A stretch of DNA of 64,000 nucleotides from an uncultured delta proteobacterium. GTDB lineage: Bacteria; Desulfobacterota; Binatia; UBA9968. Below are positions 29,478 through 39,773 of the stretch, in pieces (positions within the stretch are counted from its first letter, which is position 1; each line of letters starts with the position of its first letter). The notes beneath the pieces were generated by a model. The model saw only the letters and a list, made by a program, of their open reading frames with translations, did no database searches and had not been told where the DNA came from. Both the position numbers and the translations under genes were made by a program. The stretch lies in the NCBI GenBank assembly GCA_963745835.1, contig CAVUZH010000013.1:256001-320000 (forward strand), read 5' to 3'.

Positions 29478-30791
29478 GTGGCTGAGCAGGAATTTTCTTC
29501 GACCGAACTTTATGATGCCTGGACGGTCCTATCGCTCGAGGACAAACTCGAAGGATTTAAGCTCTTGCATCCAGAGGAGCGCGAGCGTTTTTTCAAGCAA
29601 TTGAGCGCCCGGGACGAGGCCAACTTGCTCCAAGCTTTTCCGCCGGGAGAGCGACGGTTTTGGATCCGTCTCTTGGCACCGGAAGACGCAGCGGATCTTA
29701 TTCAAGAAACTGCCCCGGATAAGCGCGAAGAAATAGTCTCGTTGATCGACGAGCCGTTGAGGAGCGAAATCAAAGGCCTGCTGGCCTACGCCGATGATCA
29801 GGCTGGCGGTTTGATGAGCCCGCGCTATGCCCGCTTGCGCCGCAATATGACGGTCGATGAAGCGTTCAGTTATCTTAGGCGCGATGCCCGCGATCGCGAG
29901 AAAAAGTTCTATTACGCATTCGTCGTCGATCCGCAAGAGAGGCTTCTTGGAGTCGTTTCCTTTCGAGATCTGTTCTCGGCCCGCGGCGATCAGTCGATCG
30001 AAAGTGTCATGCGTACGGATATCGTCACCGCGCGCGACAATATGGACCAGGAGGCGTTGAGCGATCTTTTCGCCCGGCACAACTTGATGATGATTCCGAT
30101 CGTCGACGCTGACAGGCGTATTAAAGGAATCGTGACTCACGACGACATCATCGACGTTCTGCGCGAGGAAGCTACCGAAGATATTCAAAAAATCGGCGGA
30201 ACCGAAGCTCTCGACGCGCCGTATCTGCAGATTCCGTTGACGCAGATGATCAAAAAACGCGCCGGATGGCTTGCAGCTCTGTTTATTGGGGAAATGCTCA
30301 CGGCCACGGCGATGGGTTATTACGAAGATCAGATTTCGCGAGCCGTTGTCCTTGCTCTGTTCGTTCCGTTGATTATCAGTAGCGGCGGGAACTCCGGCTC
30401 GCAAGCATCCACCTTAGTGATCCGCGCTATGGCTCTGAAGGAAATCCGCATTTCGGATTGGTGGCGGGTGGTTCGGCGTGAATTCAGCGCCGGCATCGCT
30501 CTCGGCTGCATCCTCGCGATAATCGGTCTGATCCGAATTTTGGCATGGCAGGGTCTTTTTCATTCCTACGGCGATCATTACATGCTGATCGCACTGACCG
30601 TCGCCTTCAGTCTAATCGGAGTCGTCCTGTGGGGAACGCTGGCGGGCTCCGTTCTGCCGATTGTTCTGCGTCTACTCGGTTTCGACCCGGCCAGCGCCTC
30701 GGCGCCGTTCGTCGCCACCCTTGTAGATGTCACCGGATTGATCATTTATTTCACGGTCGCGACCCTGGTTTTGACCGGCAGACTGTTGTGA
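29478..30791 (+). CDS. mgtE: Magnesium transporter MgtE
   Basis: MgtE N-domain, CBS pair (AGGLM), SSGGNSGSQ, DPASASAPFVATLVDVTG. Confidence 0.95.
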   Translation: MAEQEFSSTELYDAWTVLSLEDKLEGFKLLHPEERERFFKQLSARDEANLLQAFPPGERRFWIRLLAPEDAADLIQETAPDKREEIVSLIDEPLRSEIKGLLAYADDQAGGLMSPRYARLRRNMTVDEAFSYLRRDARDREKKFYYAFVVDPQERLLGVVSFRDLFSARGDQSIESVMRTDIVTARDNMDQEALSDLFARHNLMMIPIVDADRRIKGIVTHDDIIDVLREEATEDIQKIGGTEALDAPYLQIPLTQMIKKRAGWLAALFIGEMLTATAMGYYEDQISRAVVLALFVPLIISSGGNSGSQASTLVIRAMALKEIRISDWWRVVRREFSAGIALGCILAIIGLIRILAWQGLFHSYGDHYMLIALTVAFSLIGVVLWGTLAGSVLPIVLRLLGFDPASASAPFVATLVDVTGLIIYFTVATLVLTGRLL

Positions 30792-30863
30792 ACAGGCCAA
30801 GCGCTTGGATCTCACAGAGCTCACCGCATTCCGGAAGTTGTCGCCAGTTTTTGATTGAATTAG

Positions 30864-31262
30864 CTATTTCGGCGGGGCGTAAAGCTGCAGCAGATTGCCC
30901 TCGCTGTCAAAAAAATAAAAACCGCTGCCACTCGGACGATCTACGGCGGGCGTGGTGTGAATTCTCACTCCCCAATCTCCCATTTTCTGCTTGGCCAATT
31001 CGAAATCATCGCGGCTTACAGTAAACGCCTGGTGCGTCGCCCCTTCTCTTTCGATGAACTCACCATCCAGCGGTTTCGGTCGCTGAAACAAAACCACCAT
31101 GCTCTCGCCGGAGCGAAGATCTGCGCGCGAGAGCCCTTTGCCCATGTCGTCGCGGTTAAGTTTTGCGATGCTCATGCCGAGGATCTCAGTGTAAAACTTA
31201 ACCGCTCGATCTACGTCGTTACACGGAATTCCGATATGGTAGACACCCGTCGTTTTTATCAT
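30864..31262 (-). CDS. VOC/glyoxalase family protein
   Basis: YHIGIP...HQAF...FYFFDSEGNLLQL. Confidence 0.85.
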   Translation of the reverse strand: MIKTTGVYHIGIPCNDVDRAVKFYTEILGMSIAKLNRDDMGKGLSRADLRSGESMVVLFQRPKPLDGEFIEREGATHQAFTVSRDDFELAKQKMGDWGVRIHTTPAVDRPSGSGFYFFDSEGNLLQLYAPPK

Positions 31263-31427
31263 CGCAGCCTCCCGCACAGAAAATTAGCATTACCTCGCCG
31301 CACCGACGATCACAATATGAGAAACGGCAGCTTTTAGATCGGCGCTACCCCAGGCGTTAAAATCGACGGCTGATCACTGAGAACCAAGTCGCCACGGTCG
31401 CGCGAAACAAGGACCCGCACTATCGCC

Positions 31428-33668
31428 TCATCCGCTACTTGTCCCGTATTCTTTCGTTATCTTGAGCGCCTCGTACACTTTCTCCGCAGTTATAGGCAGA
31501 TCGGTAATTCTCACTCCGCAGGCATCGGCAACCGCGTTGGCCACTGCGGCGGCCGTCGGCGTATTTGCCACCTCGCCAATCGCCAAGCTGTTGTACGGGC
31601 CCGGCCCATGCGGCACATTTTCGATAACCGAAGTTCTTAACGGCGGGATGTCCATGATATTGGGAATCTTGAATTCGCCAAAATTAGTAGTCACGATTTT
31701 GCCATTGTCGAAAAGAATTTCTTCTTGCAACGCATAACCCAAACCGAACACAACCCCGCCATCGATCTGCCCCTGATGCATTAACGGATTAATCACCTTG
31801 CCTGTGGTATGCGCCGATACCATCTGCTTGAGGATCACCTGTCCTGTTTCCGGATCGACTTGCACTTCGGCGATTTGCGCCGAGACCGACGCGTCATGGG
31901 ATTTTTCTGAACTCTTGTAATAGCCTTTGACCGTGATCGGCGAGCCCTTGGCTTTAATCACCTCAGCAAAACTCATCCGTCGTTTCGATTTACGGTGAAT
32001 CACGTGGGCATCGGCAAGCTCGAGCTCTTCAGCCGGGACCATTAGCTTTGCTGCCGCGACGGCGATTACCTCTTGCCGCGCCGTTACCCCTGCTTCGTAG
32101 GATGCGTTGCCGTAGACCCTGGTGGCGCGGCTGCCGCCGACACCGCCGTCGCTGGGCACGGTCGTGCTGTCGAGCTGGGCGAGCTCGATCTCGCCGGCCG
32201 GCACACCGAGTTCCTGGCCGACGCATTCGACGATAACCGTCAGAACGCCGGCGCCTTGATCCACCACCGGCGAGGAGACTTTCACCTTGCCGTCTTCTTC
32301 GATTTTGACGAAAACATTGCCTTCGCCGCCGCTCGGGCTCCACTCTGAAAAAGCCAGACCGCGGCCGACATTCTTCGGCCTGGGCCTGTTATAACCGGAC
32401 AATTCGATGGCCCTCTCCAGTGCTTCCACACCTCTGATATGCGACACGTGGCCGCCGATCGGAGTTTCATCGCCGTCGTGCATCAAATTTTTGCGCTTGA
32501 ATTCGGCCGGATCCATGCCGAGCTTGTGCGCAACGATATCCATCTGACTTTCGTTGGCGAAAAATCCCTGAGGGTCGCCCGGGGCGCGCATGTGCCCGCA
32601 GGGAATTTTATTGGTGTAAACCATGCGTTCTTCGATCAAGCAGTTGGCAATCTTATAGGGACCGGCGCAAGTCGATGCGCCAATCAAATACCCTGCCGGC
32701 TTCATCGATCCGTAAGCGCCGCTGTCGAATATGAAATCAAGATGATGAGCGACGATGGCGCCATCTTTTTTCACGCCGGTTTTGGCCCTGATGATCGCGG
32801 CATGACGCGGATTACCGGCAGTAAGTTCTTCGCCGTAGTCCATCACCATCTTCACCGGTTGACCGCACTTGAGCGAAAGAAAATAGGCAACCGGTACATC
32901 CATGAACCCGCCCTTGCCGCCAAAGTCCCCGCCGATATGCATCGGATGGAACACCAGCTTTTCCTTATCGATACCGATGCAATTGGACAGCTGATTGCGA
33001 ACCGCAAACGGTGTCTTGCTGCACGACCAAATCTTCGCGCCGCCACTTGGATCGGCACTGACCACGCAAGCATGGGGCTCGAGATAGGACTGATGAGTGA
33101 CTTGGGTTGTGAAGGTGTTTTCGACGATCACGTCCGCCTGCCTGAAACCGGCTTCGATATCGCCCTTGCCCCATTTCAGGTAAGCAAACACGTTGCTGAC
33201 CTTTTCCACCGGCACAGGAAGGCCTTTATACGAAAGCAGGTCGGGATGAAGAATCGGCGCATCTTCTTCTATTGCCGCGAGCGGATCGAGCAACGGTTCC
33301 ATTTCATCGTATTCAACTTCAATCAACTCGAGCGCCTGCTCCGCCGCGAGTCTGGTTTCAGCGGCGACCGCCGCAACTTTTTCGCCGATGAAGCGCACCA
33401 ATCCATCCGCGAGAACCGGGTTATCGTAGATGCACCTGCCGATTCTCAATCCAGTTACATCCTCTCCGGTAATCACCGTTTTGACGCCCGGCACCTGGCG
33501 CGCCTTTTCGGTGTGGATCTTGGTAATGCGACCGGACGAAATCGGGCTTCGCAAAACCTTGCCCCAAAGAATGTCCGGCAGCTTGACGTCGGCGCTGTAA
33601 AGCGCCCTTCCGGTAACCTTTAACTCACCCTCGATGCGCGGTGTTGGTCGCCCCACTACCTGGGTCAT
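31428..33668 (-). CDS. Xanthine dehydrogenase/CoxL-family molybdopterin-binding subunit
   Basis: KVTGRALY, YLEPH, GGDFGGK, MRAPG, INP...GQIDGG, IGE. Confidence 0.92.
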   Translation of the reverse strand: MTQVVGRPTPRIEGELKVTGRALYSADVKLPDILWGKVLRSPISSGRITKIHTEKARQVPGVKTVITGEDVTGLRIGRCIYDNPVLADGLVRFIGEKVAAVAAETRLAAEQALELIEVEYDEMEPLLDPLAAIEEDAPILHPDLLSYKGLPVPVEKVSNVFAYLKWGKGDIEAGFRQADVIVENTFTTQVTHQSYLEPHACVVSADPSGGAKIWSCSKTPFAVRNQLSNCIGIDKEKLVFHPMHIGGDFGGKGGFMDVPVAYFLSLKCGQPVKMVMDYGEELTAGNPRHAAIIRAKTGVKKDGAIVAHHLDFIFDSGAYGSMKPAGYLIGASTCAGPYKIANCLIEERMVYTNKIPCGHMRAPGDPQGFFANESQMDIVAHKLGMDPAEFKRKNLMHDGDETPIGGHVSHIRGVEALERAIELSGYNRPRPKNVGRGLAFSEWSPSGGEGNVFVKIEEDGKVKVSSPVVDQGAGVLTVIVECVGQELGVPAGEIELAQLDSTTVPSDGGVGGSRATRVYGNASYEAGVTARQEVIAVAAAKLMVPAEELELADAHVIHRKSKRRMSFAEVIKAKGSPITVKGYYKSSEKSHDASVSAQIAEVQVDPETGQVILKQMVSAHTTGKVINPLMHQGQIDGGVVFGLGYALQEEILFDNGKIVTTNFGEFKIPNIMDIPPLRTSVIENVPHGPGPYNSLAIGEVANTPTAAAVANAVADACGVRITDLPITAEKVYEALKITKEYGTSSG

Positions 33669-33954
33669 CTCCTACCTCCAAGAACTGTTCTTCAGAACAA
33701 CGGCTGCTTGATACGAGTCATTTCTAGGCTTGAATGTGTTCGGTTGTCCAGCGATAGCAGAGCGGTTATTTCGATGAGCACGCCGATCAGTGGAGATAAC
33801 TCCTTTGCAATCGACGCTGACGAAGTTTTGGCTGCAGCTTACCAAGGCCGATCGAGCGCTCAGACTATAATCAATAATCTTCTGCAGTATGCCCGCCGAG
33901 CATGATTGCTCGGCTAAAGGGCTTTCCAATGACGAGGAATCGCCGGAGCTGAAG

Positions 33955-34435
33955 CTAAGAATCAGGCAGGCGCTGGTACTTTCCTTTGAAAAAAAGCAGC
34001 GGCCGGCCGTCCGTCGCATTGGCGTTGACGATTTCGCCGACAACGATGGTATGATCACCGCCGTCGTAGCATTGAGTAATTTTGCACTCCACATAGCCGA
34101 GCGCGGCATCGAGAATCGCTGCCCCGTTCTGGCCGGAGTGCCACTGCAGGCCGGCAAACTTATCAATCCCCTTGGTCGCAAAACGACGCGACACCTCTTC
34201 CTGATCTTCGCTGAGAAAATTTACCGTGAAACCGTTCTGCAAGTTGAAGCACGCATAGCACTGCGCGCTTTTGTCAACGCTGATCAAGACCAGTGGTGGA
34301 TCTAAGTGATAGCGACATGAAAGCGTTGGCTGTGAGTCCGTTTGCATTTCCGTCTTTGTCTTGGGTCGTAATCACGGTAACGCCAGTGGCAAAATGGCCC
34401 ATGACGCGCCGGAGCTCTTGTGGTTCGATCGACAT
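33955..34435 (-). CDS. Flavin reductase (RutF/HpaC-like), +1 frameshift near 34303
   Basis: MSIEPQELRRVMGHFATGVTVIT...GLTANAFMSLS in one frame continues as LDPPLVL...GGDHTIVVGE in another. Confidence 0.85.
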
Positions 34436-34647
34436 ATTTGCTTTTTGGGAATTTTTTAACTGCTACCAGAGTCAACCTGATGCTGTCAATCAGGGTAGTA
34501 TAACCTGATTGCGGGCGGCGGACGCAGGTGGATGAGACCTCTAGTCGTCCAATTGCCAGCGGTTCGCAGAAAGCAACGCCATTCTTCTCATGTGCTAGAC
34601 GGTTCCTTACGGAACATGGTAAAGATGAAATTCAAAGGAGGTGCCCA

Positions 34648-35211
34648 ATGGCGGTACAAGAACGAAAAGCGGAGAGTTCGTTTGACAGATACATCGCCGA
34701 AGTTCGCGCCGTTTGGGGCGATGGCAAAGATCCCCAGCTGCCCCACCAGATAGCCGCGTTGATGGAAAAGTTGTTTGCCAGTACCAGCGCCGACGATCCT
34801 TGGATGGCGCAGATCATTCGAGAGGGCAAGCCCTCGCGCGAGCTCTATCGAGACACCGAGCACGGGTTCATCCAAATGGGCCATGTGCACCAACCCGGAC
34901 ATGGCAATACGCCGCACGACCATGGCCCATGCTGGGTTGTTTACGGGGCCTTCAGCGGTCTCACTGAAATCACTAAATACAAACGCACCGACGACGGTTC
35001 ACAACCAGGCAGAGCAATTCTTGAAAAAGATGAACTCCATCGGCTATCCCCTGGCACGGTCAAACCCTATCTGCCCGGCGAAATTCATTCAACCCATGCC
35101 GTCGAAGGACCTGGCGTGGTCTTTCGTTTTCTAAGCTATGATTTAGATAAGATCCACCGCAGCCGATATAACATGGAAAAAGAAACCATCATTCCTGTTC
35201 CTGCTAACTGA
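34648..35211 (+). CDS. Cupin, thiol-dioxygenase-like protein
   Basis: ATG after AGGAGG; TPHDHGPCWVVYG and PGEIHST three-His pattern. Confidence 0.7.
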   Translation: MAVQERKAESSFDRYIAEVRAVWGDGKDPQLPHQIAALMEKLFASTSADDPWMAQIIREGKPSRELYRDTEHGFIQMGHVHQPGHGNTPHDHGPCWVVYGAFSGLTEITKYKRTDDGSQPGRAILEKDELHRLSPGTVKPYLPGEIHSTHAVEGPGVVFRFLSYDLDKIHRSRYNMEKETIIPVPAN

Positions 35212-35221
35212 CCGGCCGACC

Positions 35222-35935
35222 ATGAGCGCAGGTAATATCATTTTCGAGCAGATCCGGTCGAGCGGGTGCCTGTCCTATCTCCTATGCTGTCCTGAGAAAA
35301 AAAAGTGCGTCGTCATCGATCCGGAGCTCGACAAGGCCGAAGAGTACATCGAGCTGGCTAAATTTTTTTCCTCGGAACTGCTTTACGCGATAGATACCCA
35401 TACCCATGCCGATCATAACTCTGCGTGCAAGGTGCTGCGCGAGAAGCATGGCATCAAGGTGATCATGCACGAAGCCACCGATGCGCCCTACATCGACGTG
35501 GCGGTCAAAGATGGAGACGTCATTTCTTTCGGCAGCCAGTCGATCAAAGTGATATATACTCCCGGACACACTCAAGACGCCATGTGCCTTTTATGCCGCG
35601 ACCGTATTTTTACCGGTGATACGCTCCTCATCGGCGGCTGCGGCAGAACCGACTTACCCGGCGGCAGCGCCGAACAACAATATGAGAGCTTGCGCAAGCT
35701 GCGCGCTTTTGGCGATGAGATTCGGGTTTATCCCGGCCATGATTATCGCGAAGCGGTTTCAACTCTGGGCGATGAAAAGCAAAAAAACACGCGCATGCTA
35801 TTTCCGAGCAAAGAAGAGTTCGTGCAGTTCATGACCTCGCGCAAACCACCGTTGCCGCGAAAGATCGAAGGTGCTCTCGAATGGAATCGCACGCCGATTC
35901 AAGGCACGCAGAGAGGTATGGGCGAAGGGATTTAG
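35222..35935 (+). CDS. MBL-fold persulfide dioxygenase (ETHE1-like)
   Basis: GCLSY, DTHTHADH, TPGHT, FTGDTLLIGGCGRTD, YPGHDY. Confidence 0.85.
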   Translation: MSAGNIIFEQIRSSGCLSYLLCCPEKKKCVVIDPELDKAEEYIELAKFFSSELLYAIDTHTHADHNSACKVLREKHGIKVIMHEATDAPYIDVAVKDGDVISFGSQSIKVIYTPGHTQDAMCLLCRDRIFTGDTLLIGGCGRTDLPGGSAEQQYESLRKLRAFGDEIRVYPGHDYREAVSTLGDEKQKNTRMLFPSKEEFVQFMTSRKPPLPRKIEGALEWNRTPIQGTQRGMGEGI

Positions 35936-36039
35936 CAGGCGTTGCGCTCGCCCGACTCGCTTCAACGTACTGAAGCGTACGTCTCAGCTCATCGAACTTC
36001 GCGCGTCTCGCCTCTGAGATCTTTTTGAGCAGCCTGCTA
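35933..36039. mobile_element. MITE-like element with TAGCAGGC/GCCTGCTA terminal inverted repeats
   Basis: Perfect 8-bp terminal IR; right end tttttgagcagcctgctag matches ends at about 49200 and 56295; no ORF. Confidence 0.65.
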
Positions 36040-36188
36040 GTCTTTGGACGAGTCATCACAGCGTTTGAGAAATCATGAGCTGCGATCTTTCACTTCGCTC
36101 TAACAGCTGTCCCCATTCTCCCGGATTGCTTAGTGACTTCTGGTAATTTTAGCATCTCGTTGATTGATCTCTATTTTTGCAAAAGAAC

Positions 36189-38045
36189 ATGAACCGGTCC
36201 AGAAGCTGGTCAACAGCTGACGTCCTCGCCACGATTCGCCGCTACTGGGGATACTCCGAGCTACGACCGTTGCAGGAGGAAGCGATGCGGGCCGGTCTTG
36301 ATGGCCGCGATTCGCTGGTCGTCATGCCTACAGGAGGCGGCAAGTCGTTGTGCTATCAAGTTCCGGCCGAGCTTGCCCAACGCACCGATATTGTGGTCTC
36401 GCCGCTTATTTCCTTGATGAAGGATCAGGTCGATGGCCTGAGGGAGTGCGGCTATGCGGCGGCGGCACTCTACAGCGGCATGCCTCTGCACGCAGTCCAG
36501 GAAACCGAAGAGCAGGTCGCCGCCGGGCGCTACCGGCTGGTGTTTGTCGCGCCTGAACGGCTACTGACGGCGCGATTTCTCCACCTCATCGCGCCGCTCA
36601 AAGTTCGCGCCTTCGCCATCGATGAAGCGCACTGCATCAGCCAATGGGGTCACGACTTCCGGCCGGAATATCGCCAGCTGGCGGAGATCAAGACACGTTT
36701 TCCGCAGGCAAGCATTCACGCATACACCGCGACCGCCACGCAGCGCGTGCGCGCCGACATTATCGAGCAGCTTCGTCTCAGCAAGCCAGTGGTGCTGGTC
36801 GGCACTTTCGATCGTCCCAACCTGCTCTACCGGATCATTCCACGCATCGATGCACGGGCTCAGGTGCTCGAAGCGCTGCGGCGTCATCCCGGGCAAGCGG
36901 CCATCGTCTACTGCCTCAGCAGGAACGATACCGAATCGATGGCGGAGGCGCTAAAGGCCAACGGCTTGCGCGCAGCTTGTTACCACGCTGGTATGGAAGC
37001 GGACGCGCGGCGGCAAACCCAGGAGGCGTTTTCGTCAGAAACGTTGGACGTGGTCGCGGCAACGGTCGCCTTCGGAATGGGGATCGATCGTAGCGATGTC
37101 CGCTGCGTCATTCACGCCGCCATGCCGAAATCCATCGAGCACTATCAGCAGGAGACCGGCCGCGCCGGGCGCGACGGCTTGGAAGCGGAATGCGTTCTCC
37201 TATACTCGGCGGCCGACGTGCTCCGCTGGGAATCGCTGATCGAAAAGAGCGCTGCCGAATCCAACCCGGCGCCGGAGAGCATCGCCGCAGCGCGCGAGCT
37301 CCTCGCACAGATGCGCCGGTTGTGCACGGGTGTTCATTGCCGGCACCGAACGTTATCCGAATACTTCGGCCAAAATTATTCCAAAGCCCAATGCGGCGCC
37401 TGTGACGTCTGCTTCGACGAGGTCCAAGGTTTAACCGATGCGACGCTTACGGCACAGAAGATTTTATCCTGCATAGCTCGAGCAGGACAGCAATTCGGCG
37501 CCGAACACATTGTCGACGTGCTCCTGGGCGCCCAGACCGAACGGGTGCGACGCTGGGGTCATGACAAACTCACCACCTACTCTTTGATGAAGGGGACCGA
37601 CCGCAAGTCAGTCACCAACATGATTTATCAGCTTCTCGATGAGGGCCTGCTCGAACGAACTGGCGATAATCGGCCGGTTCTCAAACTCAACGACGCGTCG
37701 TGGGCGGTGCTACGCAGCCAGCGTACGGTTCAACTGCTGCAGCCAAAAACCAAAGCTCGTAAGAGCCGCTTTGAAGAAGAATCATGGAGTAATGTTGACA
37801 CTGATCTGTTCGAAAGTTTGCGGAGCTTGCGGCGCGAACTCGCCGCTGAGCGCGGTGTTCCGGCATATCTGCTATTCAGTGACGCAACGCTGCGCGACAT
37901 GGCGCTGGCAAAACCAGGATCAGCCGCTGCGCTCTTGAGCATCAGGGGAGTCGGCGAACGCAAACTGGCGGATCTAGGGGAGCGTTTTCTCGAAGTGATT
38001 GCGAAGCATGGTCGAGAAAACCGCTTGCCGCTGGATGTCAGTTGA
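36189..38045 (+). CDS. recQ: ATP-dependent DNA helicase RecQ
   Basis: MPTGGGKSLCYQ, DEAHCISQWGHDFRPEY, YQQETGRAGRDG, Zn-binding/RQC and HRDC domains. Confidence 0.96.
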   Translation: MNRSRSWSTADVLATIRRYWGYSELRPLQEEAMRAGLDGRDSLVVMPTGGGKSLCYQVPAELAQRTDIVVSPLISLMKDQVDGLRECGYAAAALYSGMPLHAVQETEEQVAAGRYRLVFVAPERLLTARFLHLIAPLKVRAFAIDEAHCISQWGHDFRPEYRQLAEIKTRFPQASIHAYTATATQRVRADIIEQLRLSKPVVLVGTFDRPNLLYRIIPRIDARAQVLEALRRHPGQAAIVYCLSRNDTESMAEALKANGLRAACYHAGMEADARRQTQEAFSSETLDVVAATVAFGMGIDRSDVRCVIHAAMPKSIEHYQQETGRAGRDGLEAECVLLYSAADVLRWESLIEKSAAESNPAPESIAAARELLAQMRRLCTGVHCRHRTLSEYFGQNYSKAQCGACDVCFDEVQGLTDATLTAQKILSCIARAGQQFGAEHIVDVLLGAQTERVRRWGHDKLTTYSLMKGTDRKSVTNMIYQLLDEGLLERTGDNRPVLKLNDASWAVLRSQRTVQLLQPKTKARKSRFEEESWSNVDTDLFESLRSLRRELAAERGVPAYLLFSDATLRDMALAKPGSAAALLSIRGVGERKLADLGERFLEVIAKHGRENRLPLDVS

Positions 38046-38121
38046 GTTTCCGGAAACCAACGCGTGAACATGCCGCGGAAAAAGTGTCGCCTCATCCAGG
38101 CATTTTTGCGTCTTGCCGTGC

Positions 38122-38583
38122 CTAATCTTTTACTTGGACGATCATCTCAGTTTCCACCGGAGCATCGCCGCCAAGAGACGCCACGCCGATGGCTGCTCGA
38201 GCATGCCGGCCGCGCTCACCCCACAGCTTAACGTATAGATCGGACTCGCCGTTGATGACTTTAGGCATGTCCTTGAATCCGGGAGCAACGTTTACGTAGC
38301 CGGTGACCTTAACAATACGCTCGACGCGATCAAGATCGCCCAGTGCGACCTTGATAAACGCCAGGTGATTGAGGGCGCAGAATTGCGCCATCTCGTAGGC
38401 CTGCTCGACTGTAACGGCATCGCCGACTTTACCCGTGTACTTCCTTTTTCCGTTGACTGTGCCCGTATTGCCGCCCACAAACAGGATATTGCCGACCTGT
38501 ACACTCGCGATATAGTTTGCCACCGGCGTGGGTGGTGTCGGCACCTCAAAACCAAGTTCTTTTAGCTTTTTTTCAATTTCCAT
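38122..38583 (-). CDS. RidA/YjgF family protein
   Basis: PVANY, VINGESDL...GERGRHARAAIGV. Confidence 0.9.
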   Translation of the reverse strand: MEIEKKLKELGFEVPTPPTPVANYIASVQVGNILFVGGNTGTVNGKRKYTGKVGDAVTVEQAYEMAQFCALNHLAFIKVALGDLDRVERIVKVTGYVNVAPGFKDMPKVINGESDLYVKLWGERGRHARAAIGVASLGGDAPVETEMIVQVKD

Positions 38584-38635
38584 CCTTCCTCCTGTATCAA
38601 GTTAGTTGAGAATTTCCTTTGATTTCGTTAGCAAG

Positions 38636-39757
38636 CTAATCCAAATTTTGCATTTGCGCGTTCGCCCGTGGATTTCCTTGTTTTGGCACGAGCACAATAT
38701 TCTCCGGCGAGAAATGGGCGCAGATCGAATCTCCTCTCTGAAAAACAAACTTCGGCCCCGTCTTGGCCCGGATTGTCAAATCACCATCGCGGAGAACATA
38801 TTCTCGGTGGTCACCGAAATAGGCAGCCAAATCCACCTTCGCCGGCCAGGTATTTTCCGCAGGCAATTCTTGAAGTGTTCCCAGCTGAACATTTTCAGGC
38901 CGAATCAGCAGCAATGCCTGTGTCGCGTTGGCGACCCGTCGGTCGATGGTGATTGTCCGACCGTTCCCCAGCACTTTCAGTCGACACCCCTCAGCCTGCG
39001 ACTCTTCCACGACCGCCTCTAGTAAATTGGCCACGCCGATAAAATCGCTGACAAATTCCGATTGCGGATGTTCGTATATGTCCCACGGTGTACCGACCTG
39101 TTCGATGCGTCCTTCGTTCATGACGATGATTCGATCCGAAAGCACCATAGCCTCGGCTTGATCGTGAGTCACGTAAAGCGTCGCGATACGGAAGCGAGTT
39201 TGCATTTCCCGAAGTTCAAATCGCATTCGTTCCCGGAGCTTGGCGTCAAGATTACTAAGGGGCTCATCCATGAGAAGAATCGAAGGATTGCACGCCAACG
39301 CCCGAGCAATGGCCACGCGCTGCTGCTGGCCGCCGCTTAGCCGGCTGGCCATTCTAAGCCCGAGCTCCGGTAAGCCGACCATCATGAGAACTTCTTCAAC
39401 TTGTTTGCGGATTTGATCCGAGGGAAGCCGACGAACCTTTAAGGGAAATGCAATGTTTTCAAAAACCGACATGTGAGGCCAGATAGCGTAGGACTGGAAA
39501 ACCATCCCGAGTTTGCGTTTTTCCGGTGGCACAAATTTGCCCGCGGCGGGGTTACTTACGATTTGGTCAGCTAAAACAATCTCTCCTTCATCGTTCTCCT
39601 CCAGCCCCGCGATTAACCGCAACGTGGTCGTCTTGCCGCATCCACTTCCTCCCAGAAGTGTAACGAACTCGCCCTGCTCAACTTCGAAGCTTATACCCGC
39701 CACGGCACAAACGTTACCGAAGGATTTTCGTAGATTATTTACTTTGACCGTCGCCAT
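38636..39757 (-). CDS. ABC transporter ATP-binding protein (Fe3+/polyamine type)
   Basis: GGSGCGKTT, LSGGQQQR, MDEPLSNLD, TOBE domain. Confidence 0.95.
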   Translation of the reverse strand: MATVKVNNLRKSFGNVCAVAGISFEVEQGEFVTLLGGSGCGKTTTLRLIAGLEENDEGEIVLADQIVSNPAAGKFVPPEKRKLGMVFQSYAIWPHMSVFENIAFPLKVRRLPSDQIRKQVEEVLMMVGLPELGLRMASRLSGGQQQRVAIARALACNPSILLMDEPLSNLDAKLRERMRFELREMQTRFRIATLYVTHDQAEAMVLSDRIIVMNEGRIEQVGTPWDIYEHPQSEFVSDFIGVANLLEAVVEESQAEGCRLKVLGNGRTITIDRRVANATQALLLIRPENVQLGTLQELPAENTWPAKVDLAAYFGDHREYVLRDGDLTIRAKTGPKFVFQRGDSICAHFSPENIVLVPKQGNPRANAQMQNLD

Positions 39758-39773
39758 AGCTTTACAAAGTTTT

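Noticed and set aside
32439-33623. Long antisense ORFs (394 aa here, 291 aa at 29529-30404)
   Set aside because: Shadow frames of well-supported genes on the opposite strand, with no recognisable motifs.
23508-35211. Read-through of other terminal TGA stops (23510, 25896, 26365, 30791, 35211)
   Set aside because: The proteins appear complete at these stops, with no Cys-motif context and no protein-like continuation.
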